DNA from: Nymphaea colorata
Taxonomy: Eukaryota
Assembly (NCBI RefSeq): GCF_008831285.2
Contig: NC_045138.2
Coordinates: 34,720,001-34,784,000, forward strand
Direction of reading: 5' to 3'
DNA: 64,000 bases
In this document: positions 37,660 to 49,788 of the stretch, in pieces
Position numbering within the stretch: the first letter of the stretch is position 1
Layout: every line of letters starts with the position of its first letter
Made by a program: the position numbers and the translations under genes
The notes under the pieces: model-generated
Seen by the model: the letters and a program-made list of their open reading frames with translations, nothing else
The model's database searches: none
What the model was told of the DNA's origin: nothing

Positions 37660-37807
37660 TTTTGGCACCGTGAGGGCTTCATCGTTTTGAAAGCTTCCTT
37701 CGACCCTGTTCATCCGCATCTGTCGGTGGCGGAACCGCAGCACAGCGGCAGCATCGTCTTTCTCAACTGCAGCAGCGTTACCTCCAGGTACTGGTCTCTC
37801 TCTCTCT

Positions 37808-37864
<57 letters not shown>

Positions 37865-39308
37865 TAACCAATGAGGTAAGATGCTGGAGGTGCTTCCTGC
37901 AAATGCAAGGGAGGGGGGTAAAGGAAAAGGGGGAAGAAGATTAGCAGAGAAGTTTATGATTTGGGAGAGAGAAGCGGAAGGATGGCCGAATCCTTTCCGT
38001 TCCGTGCGTTTGAATGTGACGGTAGTTTGGTGAAACGAAAATGCCCACTAGGGCAGGCGAGGGGAACTTTCGAGTGGCGATCTTTTGGAGGCATTTGATC
38101 GGGATCGGTTCGTCTCGTGGCGATTGCTCTCTGGTTTAGGTTATTTGCTTACAATGACTGAATGTGAATTGCATCCTTCCCTCCCCTCCTCTCACCCCCA
38201 AAAGCTTATTTGCTTACAGGTTGCAGGTTTTCCGTCTGTTTATGATGGCTGACTGCATGAAGTTGAGGCCATCTTCTGATTGCTTTTGAATTTGATTGGT
38301 TACTGTTTTTCTGTTTTGAATGATTGGTTTACAGACATCGGATATTATGCATCAAGGCGCTAACGGAAGCGAGTGTTTTCTTTCTCTTTGAATGCTTCGA
38401 TATCCAATACTTGGTTCGCAGCTTAAAACCTGGAATTTGTATTTTTCTGGCTAAACCGAATGCAATTAAACTTCTGCTAGCAGGCTTGAAATCCAATTTC
38501 AGTACTTTGTGTTTTAAAGTTCAGCCATCATTAATTTGCCCAAATTGCATTTTTGGTAAAAAACCCTTCTTTAACCCGTTGCTGTGTCACTGTTATTACA
38601 GACCCTAGATTGGTGGTTAGCGTTGCAAAAAGGTCCATCTTAACCAGGTCCATGTAGATGTGGACGAATCACGGAAAATGGTGGTTCACCTAGATCATGG
38701 CTTGGAGAGGGCCGCATTTGAGTTTAATAGCATGATTCGGATGTACCCATAACTTTTCCTTTCGGATTGAAACAAATCTAACAGCTTCAAACTTTTTTCC
38801 CTTTTTTCTTTTTACTTTCCCTTGCTTCTTTTAGCTCCACATAGACTACAGAAAAGAAGAAGAAAAAGCTCCAGGTTGGCCATGTACGCTGCTCATGTCT
38901 GCCCTAGACTGAATTTGAATTCCGTTCATGGTACTGCAAGTCTCAATGTTACTGTATAGAGGATAAATTTTAACTAGTTTGTTGCCATTTTCCGATGAAA
39001 ATAGAAGAATAAACACAAGAAAAAGATGATGGTGAGTACACATTGGCAGTATGGGGTCTTACTTCAGTCCAAGGGTGAGAGCTGAGTCTAGGACGTAGTG
39101 GCAGTTTAGGATGTGCGTTATTTTCGAGTGTCGTTTTATGTTCTGGTTCTTAGTTTTTCATTGATTCTCATTTATTTCATTAAATTAAGGTCTTATCATA
39201 GTTTTGAGGACTTGAGATTGCTGATATCATAACCTGCACCAATGGACAGCTGAAATTCTACGTTTACATGTTCTTCTTGAATGACCTTTTACGTTTCTTA
39301 TTTGTGAG
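37660..39308 (+). repeat. Orphaned duplicate of the CLS 5' leader (copy B), upstream of the PPR gene
   Basis: Collinear with 23954-26731. Homology stops at TTATTTGTGA, about 45 nt before the position of the candidate CLS acceptor. Confidence 0.85.
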
Positions 39309-39835
39309 TACGAGTGTCTGTATCTTTTCTGTGGTAATGGAAGTTCAATGGTTCTTTTTTTTTCCTCCCAGCATATTTCTTACAGTTCCAACAAACAGTA
39401 TAAACGATATACTGGAAGTCTTCTTCCAGTATGTCAAAATTACTTCATTTTGGAAAATGTCTCAACTTTATGTATCCTTTTTCAGGAAAAGTTTCTTGAC
39501 ATTCTTTACCGAGCACTTTTCTTCCACGCGATCAAACGCTACAAGTAAAACTGGGTTAGCCGTTGCTTCAGGAGGTCTTCTGAAATCTGTCTCTTCCTGC
39601 TGCCCCTCTCCTTGCCGAGAAGCCGAAATTCCTCTCTGTGCCACGGCACGCCCATACGCACACACATATTCTGTCAAATTACCCCAAAAGTTAACCTCCT
39701 CTGCTGGAGAGAGATAGAGATAGAGAGAGGCTTTTACAGGGACAGAAGACTCGACCATTCATAAACGGAAATAAGAACAAAAAAAAAAAAAAAGAAAGAA
39801 AGAAAGAAAGGAACCCAGCAGCACCTGCCGCCGCC

Positions 39836-41041
39836 ATGTTTTCCACTCGTTCCCGACGAATTCCCCTCGTCTTCCTTCGCCATTTGAGCTCAGCATTACC
39901 CGCCGCCTCCATTTTGAACCCCCAAAGCCTTCCGTTTCTCACCTCCAGGCAGAAGTCCCGAAATGCCCTCGCGCTTCTGAAGTCCGAGGAGGACCCTGAT
40001 CGCATTGTTGAGATCGCCCGGGCCGCATCTCTTTCTACTCAGTCCCACCTGGACCGCATCTCCTTGTCTATTGCCGTCTCCAAGCTCGCGGCCTCTCGGT
40101 CCTTCGACACCCTGCACAAGTTCCTTGAGGAGCAGAAGAATCGGCCTGACTGCCGTGATGAGAGATTTGTCAACAAGGTGATCATCCTCTATGGTAAATC
40201 TGGTATGCTTCACGAATCAGTCCGGACCTTCGAGCAGATGGACAAGCTGGGCCTTCGCCGCACTGTGAGATCCCTCAACGCCCTTCTCTCTGCTGCCGTC
40301 GCCTCCAAGAACCACGAAGAGGTTGGTAGGATCTTCACTGAATTTCCCAAAGCTTTCACTATCAAGCCGGATTTGGACACGTATAATACAGTGATCAAGT
40401 CACAGTGTGATTCTGGTAATTCCATGTCTGCTTACTCGATACTGGACGAGATGGATAAGAACAAGGTCCACCCGAATGAGATCTCATATGGGACGTTGAT
40501 GGCTGGGCTGTACGCAGAGGAACGATTCGATGAGATTGCGAAAGTTCTGGATTTGATGAAGAAGAAGGGATGCAGTCCGAGCTTGACCACAACCAACTTC
40601 CGCCTCAAGAGTCTCTGTAAACTGGGGAAGTCAGTGGAGGCGAAGGCATTACTTGATGGGATAAGATCGAGGGGGATTCTTCCGGACGTGTTTGCGTTCT
40701 ATAATCTGATTTATGGATTCTGTAAGGAAGGTAACCTCGAAGAAGCAAAGAGTATCTTCTTTGAGATGGGGAAGAAGAAGAACCCTGCTCCAAGCAGCGA
40801 ATGCTATTTCACATTGATATATTACTTGTGCGAGAGTGGGGACTTCAGTTGCGCATTTGATCTTTGTAACAAGTGCATGGAGCGTGGATGGGTGCCAAAC
40901 TTTACTACCGTGAAGTCTTTGGTGAATGGGCTTGCGAGGAATGAAAGGGCGGAGGAGGCGCGTGGAGTTGTGGAGAAGGTAAAAGAGAAGTTTCCTGGTA
41001 AAGTAAACATGTGGATGGAAGTGGAGGAAATGCTACACTAG
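39836..41041 (+). CDS. Intronless P-class PPR protein, mitochondrial; PPR336/rPPR1 (mitoribosomal mS76)-like
   Basis: 401-aa ORF with a mitochondrial-type N-terminus, LTSRQKSRNALALLKSEEDPDRI, tandem 35-aa PPR repeats (RTVRSLNALL, PDLDTYNTVIK, PNEISYGTLM, YNLIYGFCKEG, SECYFTLIYYLC) and a C-terminal KEKF...W.EVE, all matching recalled PPR336-type proteins. Confidence 0.9.
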   Translation: MFSTRSRRIPLVFLRHLSSALPAASILNPQSLPFLTSRQKSRNALALLKSEEDPDRIVEIARAASLSTQSHLDRISLSIAVSKLAASRSFDTLHKFLEEQKNRPDCRDERFVNKVIILYGKSGMLHESVRTFEQMDKLGLRRTVRSLNALLSAAVASKNHEEVGRIFTEFPKAFTIKPDLDTYNTVIKSQCDSGNSMSAYSILDEMDKNKVHPNEISYGTLMAGLYAEERFDEIAKVLDLMKKKGCSPSLTTTNFRLKSLCKLGKSVEAKALLDGIRSRGILPDVFAFYNLIYGFCKEGNLEEAKSIFFEMGKKKNPAPSSECYFTLIYYLCESGDFSCAFDLCNKCMERGWVPNFTTVKSLVNGLARNERAEEARGVVEKVKEKFPGKVNMWMEVEEMLH

Positions 41042-41116
41042 ACTTCTCTTCTGTCTGCAAGTTTTAGTTTGAACTTTAACCAAAATGTCTGCCTTTCCAG
41101 TTTCGACAAAAATGGT

Positions 41117-41586
41117 CAGTGTAAGCAAGAACACACCTCACTTGAGGGATCAGGTTTGAGACTTTTAGGGCGTGTTTCTTTGCTGCTCCGAAAAACTGGC
41201 AGAATATGACGTTTTGTTTGCTGTTGCGCGAATAACTGCAGGTGTTTCAGGAGATGGCTATATATGTTGTCCGTTTGATTTGGATTTTGGATGGAACGGG
41301 AGAAACCTGTGACTGTTTTCCGTTCCTTGATTATGTGTGCTCTCTGCGAAGTCTTAACGACCGTCCAAATTATTTTGCCTTAGATAACTTACTCATTAAG
41401 GACGTATACGCCAGCAACTAATCTCATTAATAGAATCATAGCCACTTCAATACGAAGAGTGGATATAAATCTTTATTATCCACATTGGCGTCCGCAGCCC
41501 TTTTTCATTTAAAATAAAAATTGCAGAAACTGAATCAGTGGCTCTGTTAGTGATCATTTAGTAGTATTTTTCCTGCAGTTTTCCTG
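41117..41586 (+). repeat. Diverged paralogue of 33554-33995 (sequence downstream of CLS)
   Basis: Shared anchors in the same order: TCAGTGTAAGCAA, ACTTTTAG-G-GTGT, CAGAAT-ATGACGT-TTGTTT, TGCGAA-TCTTAACGAC, TAAGGACG, CAATAC-AAGAG-GGATAT-AATCT and AGTAGTA. Confidence 0.75.
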
Positions 41587-42489
41587 AACTATGTCACAGA
41601 TTCACACGACGTGAGGCTGCGAACCATTGAAGCAAGAAACATCAAAATCATAAGAGCTCCAATCACATGCATCTCAAAAGAACCATGTTTATTCCCTGAA
41701 GCAGTGCCAACATCACGGCCTTTTTTGAAAAAAAAAAATCATGGCAGAATCGTTCAATAACTCTCGAAGTGGTATTATTTTTTTTTTACAAATTTTATGA
41801 GTGGCGTGTTTATATTTTTATACATTAAAAAAAATTAGTATAGATGTTACGAGTTTTAAAAATCCCCAAGAGGTCTGTGCCCACCTTGGACACCAGAAAC
41901 CTCTGATCCCTGTTCTAGATTTACCAAAGCCGCTAATACCTTTCTGATGCAATCATGCAAGCAGTTGTCCAGATTTAATTCCTAAGAGCATGCAGCCTTT
42001 TGAGCATGGGTTTTTCAGGTAGCGTTTAAATTGTTACAGGACAGCTAAGGAAGTGAAACAGAGGGAGAAAAACAGAAAACAGCCGCTGCCACAATATGGT
42101 GAGACAAAATCTTGCAATGTGAAAGAAGAAATTACAAAAACTAAAGAAGGGATCAAACGAAATTAGGGGAAGAAACCGAATGCTGGCTTCGTAAGCATAA
42201 TGCCGCCCCACTCAATCAAACATAGGAAAACCCAAAAACCCAAAATCAAATTGAATCACGAGGTGGGCAACAAAAAATCCACCGACATAAATGGGTGAAC
42301 TGTGACTATCCAGATGCAACCCAAAAATGGGGGACATTTCCCGCTGCTTCGATAGTGGCCAAAGAAGGGGGAAAATGAGGGCGGAGAGCCTAGCACCCTA
42401 GCCACAACCTCAGCAACAGAGAGACCCCTGTTCTTGAGGACAGCCAGTGAAATCCTAGCGATGGAGACTGATGGAAGGTTCAGGAGCGT

Positions 42490-42878
42490 ATTTTGATTAA
42501 TGAAGTCAGCTACTGTTGTTTACAAATATTTAATGATCTTATGGTTCGATTTCATCAATAAAAACTTTTTATGCATGATTATTTCTCTTAGTTTTTCCTG
42601 CCATTGCATGTATGATTTTTGAACAGTGTGAAAGCAGTTAAGCAGGTTTCAAGTAAACCGGCAATTTGGTTCACCTTTCCATGAACTTACCGACGGATAT
42701 TATGTCCTGTTTGCTGGTTCAATATTGAAAAATACTCTCTGATTTCATGTTCTATTTTTGTGGTGGCCTGTCGCAACAAAGCAGCCAACTAGTGAATGCG
42801 GCTACCTTGCAAGCAACATGCTCATGTTTTAACAGGTTTTTGTCACGTGAATCTCAATATACGCAACAGAAAACTGTG
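42490..42878 (+). repeat. Diverged paralogue of CLS intron 4 segment 31380-31800
   Basis: Shared anchors TGAAGTCAGC, TGGTTCGATTT..TCAATAA, TTCTCTT-GT-TTT..TGCCA-TGCAT, CAGGTTTCAAGTA, AGCCAAC-AGT, TTTTTGTCA-GTGAA and AACAGAAAACT. Confidence 0.7.
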
Positions 42879-43412
42879 ACAACCTACGGGCGGCGCGCGT
42901 ACGGACATGGAGCATCCTTCTTGGTGCATATGAAGCGTCGGACTGGCTGATAACCTTGTCCTGGGCTCTCAATATCTGTCACCGCGCGTCTGCGGACGGG
43001 GTGCAGTGGGAGAAAATGATCTCCGTATAAAATGTACGCAATTCGTTCATTTCTAGAGAGTGATGGACTCGGCTCTATTCTCTTGGCTGCTTTTTCCTGC
43101 TATAGATTCGGACTAGACGAATTGGAGGGAGGTAATTCAAGGATGTGATATTAAAACTACAAACTAAAAGGTCGTTTTTTGTACAAAATATTGGAGCCGG
43201 TTAACTGGACATACTAGGTTTCTACATAATCTGCAGTTTCACAAACTGCATTGCACTGATTCGCAGCATTTAACGGTTATCCGATCTCATTTCCCTCGCT
43301 TCCTTATCGCTTGCACCCTCTTGAATGGATGTCGGCAGCCAAAGGCCCCAAGTTCGGCAGCTATCAGGAGCCCATCCACAAACTACGAAAACACCCAGCC
43401 CTACCTCGTGTA

Positions 43413-45943
43413 TCAATCTTCATGATTTTCTGGAACGGGGACAGCAAATCTCACATTTGCAGCCCGTGCTACAACAACATTCTCGTCAGAGAAAAGCGAC
43501 TTGATGACAGAAGGGGTTCGAAGTGGCCGCCGGCCAGTCATCCGGGGGTACACATCTTCAAGAAAGTAATATGCATGACCAGCTGCCATACCCTGGATTA
43601 CTCAACCTTGGTTAAATAATTACATCTCAAAAACATTCGAACACACTCAATGAGGAACCGATTCACATAATTCTGCCAAGATATACATGAAACTGGATGG
43701 TGCTAAAAGTAGATGAATAGTAAGTTGAGATACCTACCAGAAGATCAATCCACGGACTGCTGCCCACAAGTATGGAGAAGCCTAGAAGAACCTGTAAGCA
43801 TGCATATCTTCAAATTGTGATGGGAAAAAACAATTTCCTACCGCACAGCAGATTAGTTTTTCTCCAAAGAAATAACTAAGTTGGTCATCAATTCATTAAT
43901 ATGTTAAGCAGGTCAACGCCAAATCTTTAACTTAGCAAACGGTTAACCTCAACTCCCATCACTAAACAAGAGAAGAGAAAAGTATAAATTCAACAATATA
44001 TTGAAACCTTGATGAATCGCTTGATTGTGCTGCCATTGCAACACTAGGAGAAAACGGAGCAACTCCGTTTCCATTGCTGCAATTTTAGACGGGCATAATT
44101 CAACCTCATGTTCAACCTTCATTTTACTTGGGAAAGGGAAGCAACACAGATGTCAAATTGCTATATACTTATCCATACCAAACATGGATCACAGTTGTGC
44201 ATTTAGGAACATATTTTGGACGTCTACAATGCGCCTGAAATTCTATAGAACTTACGCAGTTATTATGTTTTTTCTCCTTACTTAGACAACTAACAGACAG
44301 AGGACTTCCATGCCACAAGTAAATCAACATCGCAATGACATTCTTGAGTAAACACCTTTCTCCAAGTCAGTGACTATGTCTGGTTGCAACTTGCAACTGA
44401 GTTAAACAACCCAACCGATCCAATTTCAATTTGTTTTAATTTTTAAATTCCGATTTATTCTTCATCGTATTCATGAGTACAAAACCTGGTTCTCTATTCA
44501 ATCTTAAAATTATAGTTATTTTCTATTGTACAAGCATCAAATGCTAATAATATGTTTAATAAGGCAACCTAAAGCCTAAGATGCAGTCCTAAATAATCAT
44601 GAGACATATCATAATGCACCTACTCAAAGAGAAGATTACATATTGAAAGGCAGCCTTACAGGCTCACTGTTCCAAATTATGCTAAAAAACTGCTCCATGG
44701 AATTGTCTAATACACAATTTGCTATAAGAAGCCTCAAGTAGAAGTCAATCCACCAGGCTATCATTCTTTTCGAGACACCATCATGTGTAAGGGACACTTC
44801 AGCCTTCACAATGTCCTACAAATTGAACTAACTAAAAAAAAAAAAGGAAAGAGATATTGGACACAAACAATGCCCTTAACCAGGACATTCCACGTCCATG
44901 ACAATAGAAAAATGGAAGGCTTATAGAGCAAAATTAGCTTTGTGGTCTACCATAAGGCAGTGCTATACTGCATATGTATTTCATTAGTGAACTTGGTAGT
45001 ATCCACAATTGTGATACAACTGCTATATCTGTTTGAACAAATATGCAAGTGCTGAAAAGGATGGTCAAGGCTATGTCACATGGGTGCCCTTAACCAGGAC
45101 ATTCCACGTCCATGACAATAGAAAAATGGAAGGCTTATAGAGCAAAATTAGCTTTGTGGTCTACCATAAGGCAGTGCTATACTGCATATGTATTTCATTA
45201 GTGAACTTGGTAGTATCCACAATTGTGATACAACTGCTATATCTGTTTGAACAAATATGCAAGTGCTGAAAAGGATGGTCAAGGCTATGTCACATGGGTA
45301 CAGGGGTAGGTTCAGGTATGATCATACGAGTGCTGGTTCGGGTACAGAGCAGGACAAGTTCAACAAAACACAGGTATGAGGGTACAGTATGGCTCTACAT
45401 ATATGTTTATATGTATATTTATATATAATAATAAGATTCAAACTAAATAAACACCTACGAAACACGGGTGCCTCTGTGCACCTGATGTGTAGGTGTCGAC
45501 TCGGCTGGACAAGGGTTCGGGCTCAGACATGCAGGTGGACAGAGCGCATGTGGTGTCGGGGTATGGTCAGCATACCCGAGGTCATGGTGGACTCGTCAGT
45601 GCTGACCGACTTCTCTTTTGTCCAGTTTTTTACATTTCTTTTAGACGATTCCTTCTTTTACGTCTTCGCTTCTACCCTCCCTCTCGTTCGCTGCATCTTC
45701 AGTTCCTTCTGCAACTACCACTTCTGTAATGTTTACATCTGCTGTTCATTTTTTCCTCTTCCATTTGTTTGTTTCGTTGCTTCTTTTTCCACTTTCCTTG
45801 GCCCAACGATTTATAAGTCCTTCCATTCTGCGCTTCACACTACACCTGCCCTGTTTTCTTTTTCCGCTTTCATGATTGCAACTGCATACATGCTGTTATA
45901 TATTACTGTATTTGTAATTATTCAATATACAACATATTAAGAA

Positions 45944-45984
<41 letters not shown>

Positions 45985-47799
45985 TGCACGTACAGCCGCA
46001 CCTGCGTACCCGTGATTTTGAATTTTTGTCATTGTCCTTCACCACAAAGATTTATATAAACCATGACATAGATAAGACTGCATATTGCTCATTCATTCCA
46101 TGCATATATCCCTGAAGCTTTTATATCTACCACTGTCCGCATAAAAGTGTCCCTTCAATCATTTGAGTAGATTATGTTTGTGATCATTTTAAGAGCAACC
46201 GGGAAATATTTATCTAAACAAACGAGGTTCCCAGTCACCATTTTCAAAAAAGCAAGTCATATTTTATAGGCTTTATAGGCAAAAAATAGATGAACAATTG
46301 ATTTGGGACTAGATGCAAGTAAAGCCCAATAATAATAGCAAAACCAGATTTGGGACAAATGACTCAAAACTTGTGTTGATCAGGATTAACCACTGTTTGC
46401 AGCCAAGGGTTCATGAAGGAAAAGGGGTATAAATATAAGTGATATTTTAGCTAATACCAAATTGACTATTCCAAGGAGGCCACGGAAATGAATCTCACCC
46501 AGGGCAGATAAGCAGCTGTAAATGTAAAAAGGCCCAAGAAACTCATGGGAATAAACGGATTCCTCTTGCTCCATACATACACCTGCCAACCCAAAATATG
46601 CAATAAAAAAAAAACTCAGTTTTCAAGAAAAAACAGATAGAGTATTATCTAATTATACCCAAAAAAAACGAAACAGACGTCATGAATGTTGGAAAATCAG
46701 CACATAGTTGATAGTTTTATAAAATACAAATTCATAAAGAATGAGGTTTATGGAAGAAACTGACCATCATGAATGTCAAGGAATTGCTGAGGAAGAAAAT
46801 TCTTGCAAAAGATTCAGACACGTAAGGTATCATGCCACCGACCAGTACAATTCCAGTCAAGACAGAAGCACCAAATAACAGCATATAAAAGAAATCAGCC
46901 GTCCGTCCCCTGAATGAATTTTCTTCAAGAAGTTTGCAATATCGAGCAAGGAAAAACATGTGGAAAAGGAAGTCCAAGTCTGCCAAACCCATAAAAAGAA
47001 AATCTAAGATCTCCATGTTCCGAATCAATGTCGCCTTAAAGCTCGCGTGGAACATGAAACAGAAAAAGGAAAAAGGCAAACACTGTATGGCCATATGGAC
47101 GATTTCCTTCGCCCGTTACAAATCTTATCCCCTTAACTGAAAAAGAGTAAGCGACCAAACAAAGATGTCTCGAGAAAATGGAAACCTCCAGAAGAACATG
47201 CCCAAGGATTAGAAAAAGGAATGCGGTATCAAGGGCGAGCTTGACCAGAAAAGCGGGAGAAGGCAAGAGACATAGAACGCATCTAGCGCAACATGCATTT
47301 GAAAAATACCAACTGCCAAACATGTACCACACAAAGGAGAAAGAAAAATCACATCTAAAACCTTCAACCGAGAAATCGACAAACAAACGCACAAGCTGTC
47401 GAAACTAACAGAGGAAATTAAAATTACCCATCTTGCGGAAGTAAAAGAAATTCGTAACAAGGCGCCAAAACTCGTATTGTTTAACGATCCGGCTGGGATT
47501 CAGGTACAAATTATACGGGGATATAATCTGAACCAAGCAAAAAAGACAAATTCAAAGCATAATAAAGTCAGAAAACAGAAAGCTACACGAGAAAGAAGAA
47601 AAGAGAAGCGCGATAAGAAAATCTCCTCACGGACAACAGCAATGATCTTCCCAAACCAATACCTCGAAGAAAGGAGGATGACCATAAGCGAGAGAAGTAC
47701 CTCAAGCGAGCACCCAACAGTGGTGACGATGGCGGCCGTGAGATAGGAGCGGGTGATAATAGGCATCTGCTTGTACCAATCCTCCACTGCCTGAGCCAT
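43413..47799 (-). CDS. DER2: Derlin-2 (ERAD rhomboid pseudoprotease)
   Basis: Exons 47799-47701, 47527-47428, 46979-46765, 46582-46499, 43791-43738 and 43592-43413 give 243 aa in phase: [84 protein letters not shown]. Confidence 0.96.
44871..45298. repeat. Apparently perfect 214-bp tandem duplication in Derlin intron 4
   Basis: 44871-45084 equals 45085-45298 with no difference seen by eye; each unit ends in CTATGTCACATGGG. Confidence 0.95.
45285..46071. mobile_element. Non-autonomous element of the CTATGTCACAT family
   Basis: Left end CTATGTCACATGGGTAC with GGGTAC-type repeats; probable right end ATGACATAG; no recognisable TSD. Confidence 0.6.
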
Positions 47800-48452
47800 C
47801 CTATACACAAATTGAAGAAGCCCGGGAAAAGGCAAGACCCTACAGAAAACAAACGAAAGGAAAAAAAAAGAAAAACGAGAAATCGAAATCAAGAAGAATT
47901 ACACACGCAGGGACCGGATGAGAAGGGACGCTGTCAAGATGTATTTAATCAAGGCAATGAACTTGTGCGATCCAGATTCCAGAGACAGAGATCCTCGTGA
48001 CTCGAAGCGTAGTTTTTAGGGGACCCTGCCCTCTTAGACGGCTCGTTGTTGTGATTGGTGCAAGGAGTGGCGACGATGATGTCATGTTAACTGACTAAAA
48101 TACCCTCAAACAGTCTCAAATGACTCGTTGAGCCACCGCAATATACTTTTCCTAGAAGGAACACCTCGAACTTTCAGCATGACTAAGAGTGCCCTGATGT
48201 TTGTTATAAGAGACATTCCTATGTAGTGCCACCGTTTGCCCTTTTAACTTTCCAAATAATCAATCCTCAAGTTTCTAATTTTCTTTGCACAACAGTGGCG
48301 GATGAAGAAGATTCTGGTTAAAGGACATTATTATGCAAATTTTTAAGAGTTATTTTATATAAAAATAAAAAGATAATGAGATATCAAATGCGGAAATAAG
48401 ATTTTTGTTTGTGGGCAATGCAGGCAATTGCCCCTCTGAGTAATAGACTAAA

Positions 48453-48620
48453 GGGGCAGTTTGATGGCCTAGAATTCTGATTTTGGAATAAAAAATTCCA
48501 GAATCAAAATTCCAACTCAAATTGGAATTGGAATGGAACACCCCGTTCCATTCTTCAGTGTTTGACAACTTGGAATTTTGATTCCAGGGTTGAAAATGAG
48601 CTGTTTGATTTAAACGGAAT
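48453..48620. mobile_element. Harbinger-like MITE fragment
   Basis: Begins GGGGCAGTTTG, similar to the 26059 MITE end, followed by GGAATT/AATTCC inverted motifs. The other end was not found. Confidence 0.4.
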
Positions 48621-49373
48621 TAAAAATCTATAATTAGAAGCATGTGACCGTTGAATTCACTCGATAAACTCTCGATCCTTACAACATAAACCAAATCCAC
48701 TCAGCAATTTGAAGATCCAACAACAGAAAAAAAACAGCTAGGATAAATAATTAATTGAAACAACATCACTCTAGGTTGTTACATGTTACAACCTGAAAAA
48801 GACCTAAAAAATATATAAGCATGACACAAGTAGGAAAAAAGACTCATCATGAATGTCTAGTTCTGTGTAGTTGTTATTAGTCTTCGCATCATGTCAGCAA
48901 CTATCTTCATCGACTGGCACTTCTGTAAATAGGGTTGTGAAATACATTCCTCAACTGGCATCTTCCACAGCGTTTTGAGCGGAACATCTCTCCACTCCAA
49001 GGCACTTGTTCTGCCCGACCATGAAAAGCAAAGAACAAGACGTTCTTGCATGGGGTGTCAAGTTAAAAAGGCCCTGATTTTTTTTTTTGCTGACTTTCCC
49101 ATTGAAAGGCCTACCGGTCCGCGCTCACCCTTGTTATTAGAAAAACATTTAAGCTGAGCTGCTGAGAGCATTTGTCAGCAATTCAGTGCCGACTTTTCAT
49201 CCAGATTTTGACTAGAGTAAGAACGGCACCAGGGAAGGTCATTGACTATAACATGTAAGGGGCCATAAACAAACTTCTGGAACAAATTAAATGTACCAAT
49301 TCAAACGGCCATTCCACTGTCGTGGGGTTATTTACCAGGAAAGAGAAAATATTCGAATTTGTTAGCAGATTAA

Positions 49374-49788
49374 TAGGGCTGCACAACGAGTCGAGTCAGC
49401 TCGGACTCTACTCGAACTCGTTCGTTCAAAAGTTGACTTGTTTATAAATGAGTCGAGCTCGAGTTCAAATATACACTCGAAATGTTAAACTTGTTGAGTT
49501 TAAGAACTTGACTCGGCTCGACTACAAAATAAATATTGAATTAAAATTGAGTTAACCAAGTTAAAAGCCTAGATACGTTTAATATAATCAAGTTAATCCA
49601 GTTAAAAAAATGCAACATGCTTGACATAAACCAATTAAATGAGCCAAGTTCGACCTCGATGTTGTGTGATCGACCTGAGCTTGAGCTTGTTCAATCGAGC
49701 TGGGCTCAAGTTCAAGCTCGCGTTTTCTAAGTCGAGTCGAGCTACAGCTGGCCCAACTCTAACTCAATTTGGTTCGTGTGCAATCCCA
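49374..49788. mobile_element. hAT-like MITE
   Basis: Ends TAGGGCTGCACAACGAG / TTCGTGTGCAATCCCA with many CTCGA/TCGAG subterminal repeats. TSD is not preserved. Confidence 0.65.

Noticed and set aside
46075..46125. Resemblance to CLS intron 7 (CCCTGAAGCTTTT near 32847)
   Set aside because: Too short and AT-rich to distinguish from chance.
48040..48090. ER-stress element upstream of Derlin-2 (ATTGG/CCAAT, TGATGTCA)
   Set aside because: Does not match ERSE (CCAAT-N9/10-CACG), ERSE-II or UPRE consensus.
48857..49051. 64-aa minus-strand ORF between Derlin and BLISTER
   Set aside because: No recognisable family or exon context.
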